Part shown: positions 26,083 to 37,137 of the stretch, piece after piece
Layout: each line of letters begins with the position of its first letter
Numbering within the stretch: position 1 is the stretch's first letter
Assembly: GCF_001194135.2 (NCBI RefSeq)
Contig: NC_068985.1
Location: forward strand, 33,052,468 to 33,107,136
Direction of reading: 5' to 3'
Length of the DNA: 54,669 nt
From: Octopus bimaculoides
Taxonomy: Eukaryota
Notes under the pieces: model-generated
Databases searched by the model: none
Seen by the model: the letters and a program-made list of their open reading frames with translations, nothing else
Told to the model about the DNA's origin: nothing
Translations under genes and position numbers: made by a program

Positions 26083-26767
26083 CCTTAGAGATTTTATAAG
26101 TCTTTGGGATTTTTCCACCTCCGGTTTTAAAACAATAGCTTGTTGAGAAAATTTAGTTGCTTCATAAATCACATTGAGGCTCCTTCACTGATTTATCAAA
26201 GGAATACATAAATACATTGTGGTTGTGTTTTTTCTATCATAATACAACCTAATGATATTTTTTTTAAAAAGCAACAAAAATAGCAGCCATATAGGTTAGA
26301 ATTACTGGTATGCCATCAAACATATTAATAAAAATCACAAATAATAATAGGCTTAATGTAAAATAGTAAATAAATGTTTAATTCATGTCTAATTATCAAA
26401 CAAGGCAATAAATTTTGATGCTTAACAACACCACTGCCAACAATAATCATAATAATAATGATGGACTCTCCTGTAGAAGATGATGTATAAGTGTTTAGCT
26501 TTTGCCAAACAACCTGCAAAAAGGATTTGTTTATAGTGCTCGGATGTATGTGCTGTGTATTAGCTCACTCACTGCCTCAAACCAACATTGCCTGCACAAG
26601 TGTGCCACACATTACATGTCAAAGTGATCATAGAGCAACGTGAGATGAAGTGTTTTGTTCAAGAATACAATGCACCACCCGGTCTAGGAATTGAAACCAT
26701 GATCTTGTGATCATGAGTGCAACACCCTAACTACTAGGCCATCCACCTGCATAATAATAATAATAAT

Positions 26768-27095
26768 AAAGGAGCACTCCGTTGGTTACGACGATGAGGG
26801 TCCCAGCTGATACAATCAATGGAACAGCCTGCTCATGAAATTAACATGCAAGTGACTGAGCAATCCACAGACACGTGTACCCCTAACGTAGTTCTCAGAG
26901 AGACTCAGCATGACACATAGCATTACAAGGCTGGCCCTTTGAAATGCAGGTACTACTCATTTTTGCCAGCTGAGTGGACTGGAGCAACGTGAAATAAAGT
27001 GTCTTGCTCAAGGACGCAACGCGTCGCCAGGAACTGAACTCACGACTTTATGATCATGAGCCGAATGCCCTAACCATTAAGCCATGTACCTTCAC
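26768..27095 (-). mobile_element. tRNA/CORE-like SINE (third family)
   Basis: Minus strand GTGAAGGTACATGGCTTAATGGTTAGGGC...GTCCTTGAGCAAGACACTT... with a (TTA)n tail. An older relative lies at about 26620-26750. Confidence 0.88.
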
Positions 27096-27243
27096 AAAAA
27101 AAAAAATAATATTAAGAGTAGAAAAGGGTGAAATACCAGGAGATGGCTCTGGCTAAAAAGGGGTTATCTGTGGGGTCAGACCAAGGTTTGATCAACCTTC
27201 ATTGAGTCACCTGAATTAGATTGTATATTGCAAAACCCAGGGA

Positions 27244-27612
27244 NNNNNNNNNNNNNNNNNNNNNNNNNNNNNNNNNNNNNNNNNNNNNNNNNNNNNNNNN
27301 NNNNNNNNNNNNNNNNNNNNNNNNNNNNNNNNNNNNNNNNNNNNNNNNNNNNNNNNNNNNNNNNNNNNNNNNNNNNNNNNNNNNNNNNNNNNNNNNNNNN
27401 NNNNNNNNNNNNNNNNNNNNNNNNNNNNNNNNNNNNNNNNNNNNNNNNNNNNNNNNNNNNNNNNNNNNNNNNNNNNNNNNNNNNNNNNNNNNNNNNNNNN
27501 NNNNNNNNNNNNNNNNNNNNNNNNNNNNNNNNNNNNNNNNNNNNNNNNNNNNNNNNNNNNNNNNNNNNNNNNNNNNNNNNNNNNNNNNNNNNNNNNNNNN
27601 NNNNNNNNNNNN
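27244..27612. other. Assembly gap (one of eight)
   Basis: N runs at 20596-20696, 23142-23151, 27244-27612, 30550-31261, 32448-32783, 36366-36517, 42104-42625 and 53374-53556. Additional exons could be hidden in them. Confidence 1.
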
Positions 27613-27647
<35 letters not shown>

Positions 27648-27660
27648 AAAAAAAAAACAT

Positions 27661-28051
27661 GGCATAAAAGGTGTGGCTGCGTGGCAAGAAGCTTGCTTCC
27701 TGACCACATGGTTCCAGGTTCAGTCCCACTGCATAGCACCTTGGGTAAGTGTCTTCTACTATGGACTTGGACTGACCAAAGCCTTGTTAGTGGATTTGGC
27801 AGATGGAAACTGAATGAAGCTTGTCATATATATATATATATGTGTGTGTGTGTGTCGTTCCATCACCACTTTACAACTGGTGTTAGTGTATTTTTGTCCC
27901 TGTAATTTAGTGGTTCAGTAAAAGAAACTGATAGAATAAGTACTAAGCTTTAAAAAAAGTCCTGGGGTTGATTCAATCGACTAAAACCCTTCAAGGTGGT
28001 ACTCCAGTTTGACTGCAGCCAAATGACTAAAACAAATAAAAGAATAAAAGT
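27661..28051 (+). mobile_element. tRNA/CORE-like SINE (abundant family)
   Basis: GGTGTGGCTGCGTGGCAAGAAGC...GGTTCAGTCCC...CACCTTGGGTAAGTGTCTT with an internal microsatellite and A-rich tail. Confidence 0.9.
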
Positions 28052-29300
28052 ATATCAATGGATGATTGCAAGGTTGAGGCAGTGGAACAGCCAGGCTGTC
28101 TCCCAAGCATCAGCTGGTATTTCAGTGAGGCATAATACTAACAAAGCAAAATATTTTGTCAATAATCCAGCACCTTACCTACAAATTATGATGTTTCAGG
28201 GCCTTATTTCTTTCAGCTATGGATGTAATAATTCCTACCTTTGCCACAGCATTAAGGACATATAATAGAGCATATGACTTGCAAATGGCGGCATCAAATA
28301 CAAAGCATTTGCTTCTAATTTTAGAACAATAGCTAAATCTAATAGACCTTTTCCCATCAACCCTGGACAGTCCCACTGATTCCAGAGTTGAGGGGATATT
28401 TACCATGGCTAGGGTTCATTTAATGTTTAGGTTTATCTTGTAGCAACTAATGTGACCCACATTCGGTTAACATGATAATTCATGAAGACTGCAGGGATCA
28501 AGGTGCTTATCACAGTAACACCTCATTCTCTCACATACATCAGCTTTGACTTTGAGTGTTGAATTTATTCAGGCTAAGTAAGCCTCTGATGTTTTTCTGA
28601 AGGCAAAATGTCATTTCGATCTCCAGAAAATTTAGCACTCACAGAAATTTGGCAGCATCTCAAGTTTTGCTGAATACTGCTTTTCTTTGTTGAAATTTAA
28701 GGTACACTTTTAACCCTAAATACTCTTGTGTTTCAGTGAATACTGTTTTTCTTTTTTTTTTCTTTTCTTTTTTTTTTTAAAGTTTTCATGTTTTTTTGTT
28801 TCTTTTTAATTTAAACCTTGACAAGTCAAATTGGCATAGAGATCAGAGCACCAGCAAGTTTACATTTTTATAGTTCAAATCCTGCTTTGGTCGATTTCAC
28901 TCTTTAATGTTCTGGAATCAAGACAATAAATCCTAGATCAATTGAAAAGTGGTGGGGGTGGGTGCAATCTGAACATCCAATATGTCAGGGGTTTCTTTTC
29001 TTTGCCAAGGAGCCCATTTATTTAAATTAATTTTCCAATGCCTCCATGCTTTTGAAAGGTCTGTCTGTTGAAGAAGCCAATTTTATCAACTAAGAACAAA
29101 CTCATCTTCACAGTTTCATCTCTCAGTAGAAAGATATGTTACTGGATATGGTAGCTTTTTAAAATTTTGAACACAGCCACAGACTACCAGTACTACTTAT
29201 GTAAAACCAGATTGGGAACTGTCAAGCTAATGGGATACTTGGTATATAAAATGCTGCTGAATGGTAATCTTCATCTCCAGCTTAACATGGATGTCTTGTT

Positions 29301-29404
29301 AGATCCTTTTATATAGGCATTTGGTGCATAAAAGCACACTCAGAGATTGTTGCTATGATCTATGTGTGTGCGTTTATGCACCAAGTGCCTATACGAGAGG
29401 ATCT
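29301..29404 (+). other. 39-bp imperfect stem-loop (pri-miRNA-like)
   Basis: Arms 29301-29339 and 29366-29404: 34 Watson-Crick pairs, 3 G-U and 2 mismatches, counted by hand. Confidence 0.85.
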
Positions 29405-30117
29405 CTCAAGGCTAGTAACACAGTATTCAGTGTTCTAACAAGTCTTTTATATTAAGTTGGATATAAAGATTACCTTTTGGTATAATTACTGCTTCCCTCA
29501 TTAATAGTTATAATAATCACTGAATATATTAAAACATGGCAGACATTAGTATAGATCCAGCTCATTGTGAAAATTGTCTCTACTTTATATATATAAAAAA
29601 AAACTCTAAAATTAATTTACTAACATAATTACAACCATTTTCGTTTTTTTATCAAATCCCTTGATTAATTTCAATGTAAATTGAATAAGAATTTAAAATC
29701 TGTGTTTGAAATCAATCAGTTGATTGATCAGTCAGTAAAAAGAAACAACATAATTGAAAGAAATACATTTATTACAAATGTTGTTTGTTCTGATGTGTTT
29801 ATTTTAGTTTATTTTTTTTAAATATCCTATGAGCATAGCAAGTCATTTCTCTATATGTTATCTCTTCTGATCATCAATGGCTAAGGCAAAAAAATAGTCA
29901 TGATAAATTTCCTTCACACTTCAGACATTAATTTTAGTTTGTTTTTATTAAATCTTCTAAGTGTATCTACATGTATGTATGTGTGAGAAAGGAGGAGAGA
30001 GATAGCATGAATTTTATGTGTGCATGTTTGTGCATCTACATATGTATATATTCTAAGTTTGGTACAAACCATTTATGTATGTTTATGTAAGAGTCGTTCA
30101 TAATCAATGTTTTTTCT

Positions 30118-30461
30118 ATCTTTTATTTGTTTCAGTCATTGCATTACAGCCATACTGAGGCACCACCTTGAATGGGGTTTAGTCAACAAATCAATCTCAG
30201 TATTTATTTTTTCAAGTGTGTTACTTATTTTATTGGTTTATGTTACTGACCCACTAATCTGTGGGGACAAAAGCAAACCAACACCAGTTGTCAATAAGTG
30301 GTAAGGAGAACAAACACACACACACATATATATAGATAAATAGATAGATATAAATATTTATGATGGGCTTCCATACAGTTTGTCTACCAAATTTCTTTAC
30401 AAGGCATAAACCTAAAACTATGTGGTTGCAAAGCAAGCTTCTTAATAACACAGCCATGCCT
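30118..30461 (-). mobile_element. Degenerate tRNA/CORE-like SINE
   Basis: Reverse complement of the 27661 family. Confidence 0.75.
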
Positions 30462-31272
30462 ATATACGTATATTTACATACATACACACACACATACATT
30501 TATATAACTTACACATGCATACATATATTATATATATATATATATATATNNNNNNNNNNNNNNNNNNNNNNNNNNNNNNNNNNNNNNNNNNNNNNNNNNN
30601 NNNNNNNNNNNNNNNNNNNNNNNNNNNNNNNNNNNNNNNNNNNNNNNNNNNNNNNNNNNNNNNNNNNNNNNNNNNNNNNNNNNNNNNNNNNNNNNNNNNN
30701 NNNNNNNNNNNNNNNNNNNNNNNNNNNNNNNNNNNNNNNNNNNNNNNNNNNNNNNNNNNNNNNNNNNNNNNNNNNNNNNNNNNNNNNNNNNNNNNNNNNN
30801 NNNNNNNNNNNNNNNNNNNNNNNNNNNNNNNNNNNNNNNNNNNNNNNNNNNNNNNNNNNNNNNNNNNNNNNNNNNNNNNNNNNNNNNNNNNNNNNNNNNN
30901 NNNNNNNNNNNNNNNNNNNNNNNNNNNNNNNNNNNNNNNNNNNNNNNNNNNNNNNNNNNNNNNNNNNNNNNNNNNNNNNNNNNNNNNNNNNNNNNNNNNN
31001 NNNNNNNNNNNNNNNNNNNNNNNNNNNNNNNNNNNNNNNNNNNNNNNNNNNNNNNNNNNNNNNNNNNNNNNNNNNNNNNNNNNNNNNNNNNNNNNNNNNN
31101 NNNNNNNNNNNNNNNNNNNNNNNNNNNNNNNNNNNNNNNNNNNNNNNNNNNNNNNNNNNNNNNNNNNNNNNNNNNNNNNNNNNNNNNNNNNNNNNNNNNN
31201 NNNNNNNNNNNNNNNNNNNNNNNNNNNNNNNNNNNNNNNNNNNNNNNNNNNNNNNNNNNNNATATATATATA

Positions 31273-31311
<39 letters not shown>

Positions 31312-32039
31312 CTATGTGTAGAGACAGATAAACATTGATATACAGATGTACCTATACATATTTATGCATCCACATAATAAACACATATCTACATACACAT
31401 ACAAAAATACATCAATACCTATTTACAAATGCACACATAAGTACAAATTAGACAAGTAAACATACAAAACTAAATCAACTCAAAAGGATACAAGAGAATA
31501 AAGACACAGATAGACATATGTCAAGGACAAATCCAACTATATATATCTATATATATTTATCACTCCTTGAAAAAGTTTATTTTTCTTGTGATGGCTTTTG
31601 AGTGAAACAGCTATTATTCTGTATGTAAACACCAAGAACATTCTCTATTTTCTCTCAATTCCTAAGCTATTAACTTTCTATGAAAAAAATGCATGCACAC
31701 ATTCTCTGGATTTCCTCCAGATTAAAATTTATAAGTTACAGGTTATATCATGCAAACGGTTTCTAAAAAGAATGAAATATTTCTGTACATGTCTACCACC
31801 AACTAGAAATTGTCAGAACTGTATAATAAATGAAAAAAGAATTTAGATATGTGAATTTTATACATCTTTTTCCTCATAATTTCCAATCCTGCTTCAAATC
31901 GTAAGAAGCTGACTATTTCCTTTGTAATAGCTGCTATCACTAGAGGGAACCATATGTATTTAAAAATTGAGACAAATTAGCAGAGATAAACAGAAAAGAC
32001 CTATATACACACACACACACACACATTTATTTATTTATC

Positions 32040-32177
32040 TATTAATATTTAGCAGAAGTAACAGAGTGACTCAAAGACCAAGAGTTTCGTGCATCAGCAC
32101 TTATCAAGTTTGATAATTGCCAATGCATGAAACTCTCAGCCTCTGAGTCACTCTGTTTCTTCTGTTAAATATTAATA
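32040..32177. repeat. 68-bp-arm fold-back inverted repeat
   Basis: Left arm 32040-32107 and right arm 32110-32177 are roughly 85% complementary, with a 2-nt spacer. Confidence 0.88.
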
Positions 32178-32267
32178 AAAATATCCATATACTCATATTT
32201 TGAGTTCTATTTTCCGTTTGTATCACCATACTTGTGTGCGTGCATGTGTGTGTGTGTATGATCATAT

Positions 32268-33111
32268 ATCATCATCATCATCATCATCGTTTAACGTCCG
32301 CTTTCCATGCTAGCATGGGTTGGACGATTTGACTGAGGACTGGTGAAACCGGATGGCAACACCAGGCTCCAGTCTGATTTGGCAGAGTTTCTACAGCTGG
32401 ATGCCCTTCCTAACGCCAACCACTCAGAGAGTGTAGTGGGTGCTTTTNNNNNNNNNNNNNNNNNNNNNNNNNNNNNNNNNNNNNNNNNNNNNNNNNNNNN
32501 NNNNNNNNNNNNNNNNNNNNNNNNNNNNNNNNNNNNNNNNNNNNNNNNNNNNNNNNNNNNNNNNNNNNNNNNNNNNNNNNNNNNNNNNNNNNNNNNNNNN
32601 NNNNNNNNNNNNNNNNNNNNNNNNNNNNNNNNNNNNNNNNNNNNNNNNNNNNNNNNNNNNNNNNNNNNNNNNNNNNNNNNNNNNNNNNNNNNNNNNNNNN
32701 NNNNNNNNNNNNNNNNNNNNNNNNNNNNNNNNNNNNNNNNNNNNNNNNNNNNNNNNNNNNNNNNNNNNNNNNNNNNNNNNNNNCTACCTCTTCCACGGGT
32801 TCCCTCAACTGTTAGGGTGTGGCACTTTTTCACGCAGCTATCCTCCTCCATTCTCACCACATGTCCATACCAGCGCAATCGTCTCTCTTGCACGCCACAA
32901 CTGATGCTTCTAATGTTCAGCTTTTCTCTCAAGATACTTACACTCTGACGGGTATTCACATTGACATTACACATCCAACGGAGCATACTGGCTTCATTCC
33001 TTGCGAGCTTACGTATGTCCTCAGCAGTTACAGCCCATGTTTCACTGCCATGTAGCATGGTTGTTCGTACGCATGCGTCATACAGTCTGCCTTTTACTCT
33101 GAGTGAGAGTC
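32268..33111 (-). mobile_element. Young 5'-truncated RTE LINE (spans an N gap)
   Basis: Open frame LSLRVKGRLYDACVRTTMLHGSETWAV...WYGHVVRMEEDSCVKKCHTLTVEGTRGRG. The tail is near-identical to 53148-53302. Confidence 0.93.
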
Positions 33112-33298
33112 TATCATCATTTAACATTTATGTTCCAAGCTGGCATGGATGGGATGGGTTGACAGGATCTGATGAGTCCAAGGACTGCATTGTGCTCCAT
33201 GGTGATTGACTGTTGAAACTTGTTATCATGTGAGCTTGTTATTTGCTGCTGTTCCTTTTTCTTCGTTTTGGGTGGAAAAAAAATGTAGCTGTTCCAAT

Positions 33299-34566
33299 AT
33301 GGAGAGCTATACTAAGACTGCAGTGGCGAGGACAGATGCACTGTTAAAAGCAAAAAAGATTGATACTGAGTTGGAAGACATTTTGAGGAGCGATGAGCTG
33401 ATAAAGAAGGAGGGTGACACTATTAAGTTGGTCCCTCCACAAGAGACTGTAAAAGTGAAAAGTGAGAAAACAGTGGTGTATCACACTTAAGCAGTCACCA
33501 TTAACAAGATAGAGAGAATAACAGAAGAAATCGAAGAATGCTTAGGAGAAATTACAAAAAAAAGCAAAGTACATTGACAGAGGAAAAAGATTCAGCACGG
33601 TGGAGGTGAGGTTTGCCACAAAGGAAGAGGTGGCCTCACACTCTATCACAATTCTGAGGACAGATAAGGTGGCATTGTTACCCACATACAAGGGAAGGTA
33701 CAGTGTCAGAATTAGGATAGCAAGAGTGCCACCCAAGATTAAAACTAAGTGGTTGGTGGTGGCTATCCTGGCTGCAACCAAGGACAACCCAGAACTTGGA
33801 CCAGTTGGAGAGACCCAAAAGCTGAAGTGGTGGGGATTCAGGGTCAAGATGTGGCTGTTTGCAACATTTCAGAACATCAAAAGGATCCCCTACCAGATTG
33901 AGATAGAGGAAGAAAAAACATTGAATGTAGTTGTGGAGGGACAGAGACCAAACTGTTACACGTGCGGTGTGAGGGGGTCACGTGAAGACTCATTGCCCCT
34001 TGTTTGAGTGCACACATAGCGAGAAGGTGGAGGAGAAGGAGAGGGAGATGGAGGAGAAATTACATACAACAAAAGATAAAAATGAGGAGGATTGTACCCA
34101 GGAAGTTAAAGAGAAGGAAAAGAATGAGGTGAAAGAAGCAAAGGAGAGTAGTGATGGGTTTGTCAGCCCCAAAAGAAGGAAGAGAACAAAAGCAAGGGAG
34201 CATTTAGCAGAACCCAAGGAGTCACAGAAAGGTAAGGAACGACTTGAAGCCAAAAGTACACAAGAGAGAGAGGAGAAAACAATAGAAGAAGAGTGCATAT
34301 ATAAGGGTTTCCTGGTAGTGTATGGGAAGAGTGTGGTTGCAGAGAGAAAAATTGTGACATGGAAGGGACTGGTGAGAGTGAAGCTACCAACAGAGAGATT
34401 CAATGTGGATGACAGAGGTGTTTGGATACCTGATGAAAAGTATGAGAGATTTATTGAGGCATTTTTTGAACATATGATTACGGCAGAAGGGTTATGGTTG
34501 TACAAGACTCCACCTTCTGTAGTAGGATATGATGTGTTGAAAAGAATAGAGATACCAAAGAATTAG
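33299..34566 (+). pseudogene. LINE ORF1-like nucleic-acid-binding protein (RRM-like, CCHC zinc knuckle, charged linker, unknown C-terminal domain), disrupted
   Basis: ATG at 33299, one stop (33488-33490) and two +1 frameshifts in homopolymers (A-run 33556-33563, G-run 33973-33977). Repair gives ...VRIRIARVPP...IPYQIEIEEEKTLNVVVEGQRPNCYTCGVRGHVKTHCP. Confidence 0.82.
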
Positions 34567-34710
34567 AACATGTAATTTAAAAAAAGGAAAGACTGGAAAA
34601 AAGAAATAATCTACTAATGTGAACTTTGTGAAAAAAAAAAAGAAAATATGAAAAATAATGTATATATGTAGACTTTGTCAATGAAAAAGAGAAAAGACTG
34701 GATAAAATGT

Positions 34711-35056
34711 TATAATTACACCCGCAGTAAAGGAGCACTCCGTCAGTTACAACGATGAGGGTCCCAGCTGATATAATCAATGGAACAGCCTGCTCATGAA
34801 ATTAACATGCAAGTGACTGAGCAATCCACAGACACGTGTACCCCTAACGTAGTTCTCAGGGAGACTCAACGTGACACAAAGTGTGACAAGGCCGGCCCTT
34901 TGAAATACAGGTACTACTCATTTTTGCCAGCTGAGTGAACTGGAGCAACGTGAAATAAAGTGTCTTGCTCAAGGACACAACGCGTTGCTGGGAATCGAAC
35001 TCACGACTTTACAATCATGAGCCGAATGCCCTAACCATTAAGCCATGTACCTTCAC
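34711..35056 (-). mobile_element. tRNA/CORE-like SINE nested in the ORF1-only element
   Basis: Same family as 26768-27095. TSD CTGGATAAAATGT at 34698-34710 and 35057-35069. Confidence 0.92.
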
Positions 35057-35539
35057 CTGGATAAAATGTAGGGGTCGAGTGGGCATTGCGCCTCATTTTC
35101 ATTCTTTCATATTATCATTTGTTTCTTTTATTTTTTCTTCTTATTTCATCTCCTTTTTGTAATTTTTAGTTCCCTGATTTTATGTTTTGTTACGTTTTGT
35201 ATTGTCTGTATGTTTTGTATTTGTTGTCAAGCATTTAGCCTTTTATAGGTAATAAAAAATTAGTCTGCTTTGCTATGGTTACTACAGCTGGGTGCCCTTA
35301 CTAATGCCACCACCACTATTAAGGTTGCACTGCAGGTAGCAAGACAGCAAACCCCAAGGGCGGTAGGATCTTTATACTAAGGATTACTCACATTTAGTGG
35401 GAAGGGGCAAGATTGATCAGTAGAAGCTAACAAGATTTGTGGTTTTTATTATAACACACACACCTCTTGTGGCAAATGGGTTTAAGAATTTATGAATGAT
35501 AACCAATGAATGGTGAGTTGGGGAAGGATAGTTGTTCAA

Positions 35540-36110
35540 ACACAGGCATCGTACAGTTTGCCTTTCACTCTGAGAAAGAATATTTTGTTGACAACAGTGG
35601 TAATAGCTCTCTGAACTGTTTCCATCCTATTCCTATTGTAACATCTATACTCTCAGAACACTTCATCCACAGTTAATTAGGCCATGTAGATAATTGAAAT
35701 TATTTACAACCTCTAGGGAACCTTCTGGGTATTTGAGAAAATCAAATTCCTCTGTATCTGACTCTGTTAACCTTTTCATGATTCCACTGCATCTCATGTG
35801 TCCATAGTTGGCAGGAATTCTATCTGGGACACTGTATGGAATTCCTGCCAACACCTTTCCTACTTACTGAGCTCTGCCATTTACCTAACAGAAAGAGGGT
35901 CTTGTCTTTTTTTTTTTTTTTTTTTTTTTTTTAGCTACAACTTTGGTTTTTGCTAAGTTCACTTAAAGCCCTTTGATGCCAGATTTTGCTTCTACATTTG
36001 GAATTTCTTTTCCAATTCTGCTACTGATTCTACTATAAGAACTAGATAATTAGCCTACAGTAGTTTCCAAGGGAAGCCAGACTTAAGTAAGTCTCTGTTA
36101 TGGCTTGGAG
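35540..36110 (-). mobile_element. Old RTE RT fragment including the Cys/His finger region
   Basis: Reads GKWQSSVSRKGVGRNSIQC...LWTHMRCSGIMKRLTE...SLEVVNNFNYL, homologous to 2815-3570. Confidence 0.8.
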
Positions 36111-36322
36111 GACTATGTATGTGTATATATGTAAGTCTTTACACGCACACATGCACATGTATGTATATGTGGCATTAGGAAGGGCATCCACTTGTAGAAC
36201 CCTTGCCAAAGTAGATATTGAATCTCAACATCATCCCTTGGCTCCTGTCCAACTCATCTCAGCATGGAGAAAGTGACATTGAAAGATGATAATGTACATG
36301 TATATTTGTGTATATATATCCA

Positions 36323-36365
<43 letters not shown>

Positions 36366-37101
36366 NNNNNNNNNNNNNNNNNNNNNNNNNNNNNNNNNNN
36401 NNNNNNNNNNNNNNNNNNNNNNNNNNNNNNNNNNNNNNNNNNNNNNNNNNNNNNNNNNNNNNNNNNNNNNNNNNNNNNNNNNNNNNNNNNNNNNNNNNNN
36501 NNNNNNNNNNNNNNNNNTATATATAATGTGTGTGTGTGTATGATTAATCAAATATAATCTTGTGCACTTTTGTGTGTAGACTCAAATACAGGAAAACATC
36601 AAAATATAATTCAGAGAATAACAAATTTCATAACATTTATTTATACTCTTTTTTCAGAATGTTTAAGCCATCATAAAATCATTTCATCCCCAAAATTAAA
36701 TTCCAATGCAGAAGTAGTACTTATTTGAGCTGATCTGGGGAAATATTCTATGCCCATAGCTTTCACAGCCCCACTCTACCCCACTTTCAACCAAGACTAA
36801 TGAATGTTGATATGAATGTTTCTGTTGACTATTTTAGTAGCTACAGGCATGGGCTCACAGGTTGTAGCAAAGGGATACTGTTATGGGGAAAGATGATCAG
36901 TGTAGGGCCTGAGTAATGGATACAGTATGAGAGAAAAGATATGACTGAATCAGGAGTACTTGAATGAAGTAGAGCCCTACAGCAAGGAACAGATGCCACT
37001 GTAGTAATGATAAAAGAACTGAGGAAACAGTAAGTCTATGCAGTGTGTTGGTGAACAACTTGATGCCAATCATATGGTCTTCTTGTAGATTGCATTCTAG
37101 G

Positions 37102-37137
<36 letters not shown>

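Larger units (their letters stand above)
33201..35259 (+). mobile_element. ORF1-only non-LTR element (HAL1-like), inserted in an RTE-tail fragment
   Basis: Short 5' UTR, degenerate ORF1 with CCHC knuckle, T-rich 3' UTR, AATAAAAAA end at 35251-35259, no APE/RT. Flanks 33113-33200 and 35260-35310 rejoin into one RTE-type tail. Confidence 0.7.

Noticed and set aside
27176-27905. Long ORFs crossing N runs (also 30360-31331, 32343-32948, 36231-36557, 42041-42631, 53260-53668)
   Set aside because: The length comes from gaps and flanking microsatellites, not coding sequence.
28060-28420. Possible decayed LINE endonuclease or antisense exon (GTAAGG on the minus strand)
   Set aside because: Motif similarity is too weak and every frame is interrupted.
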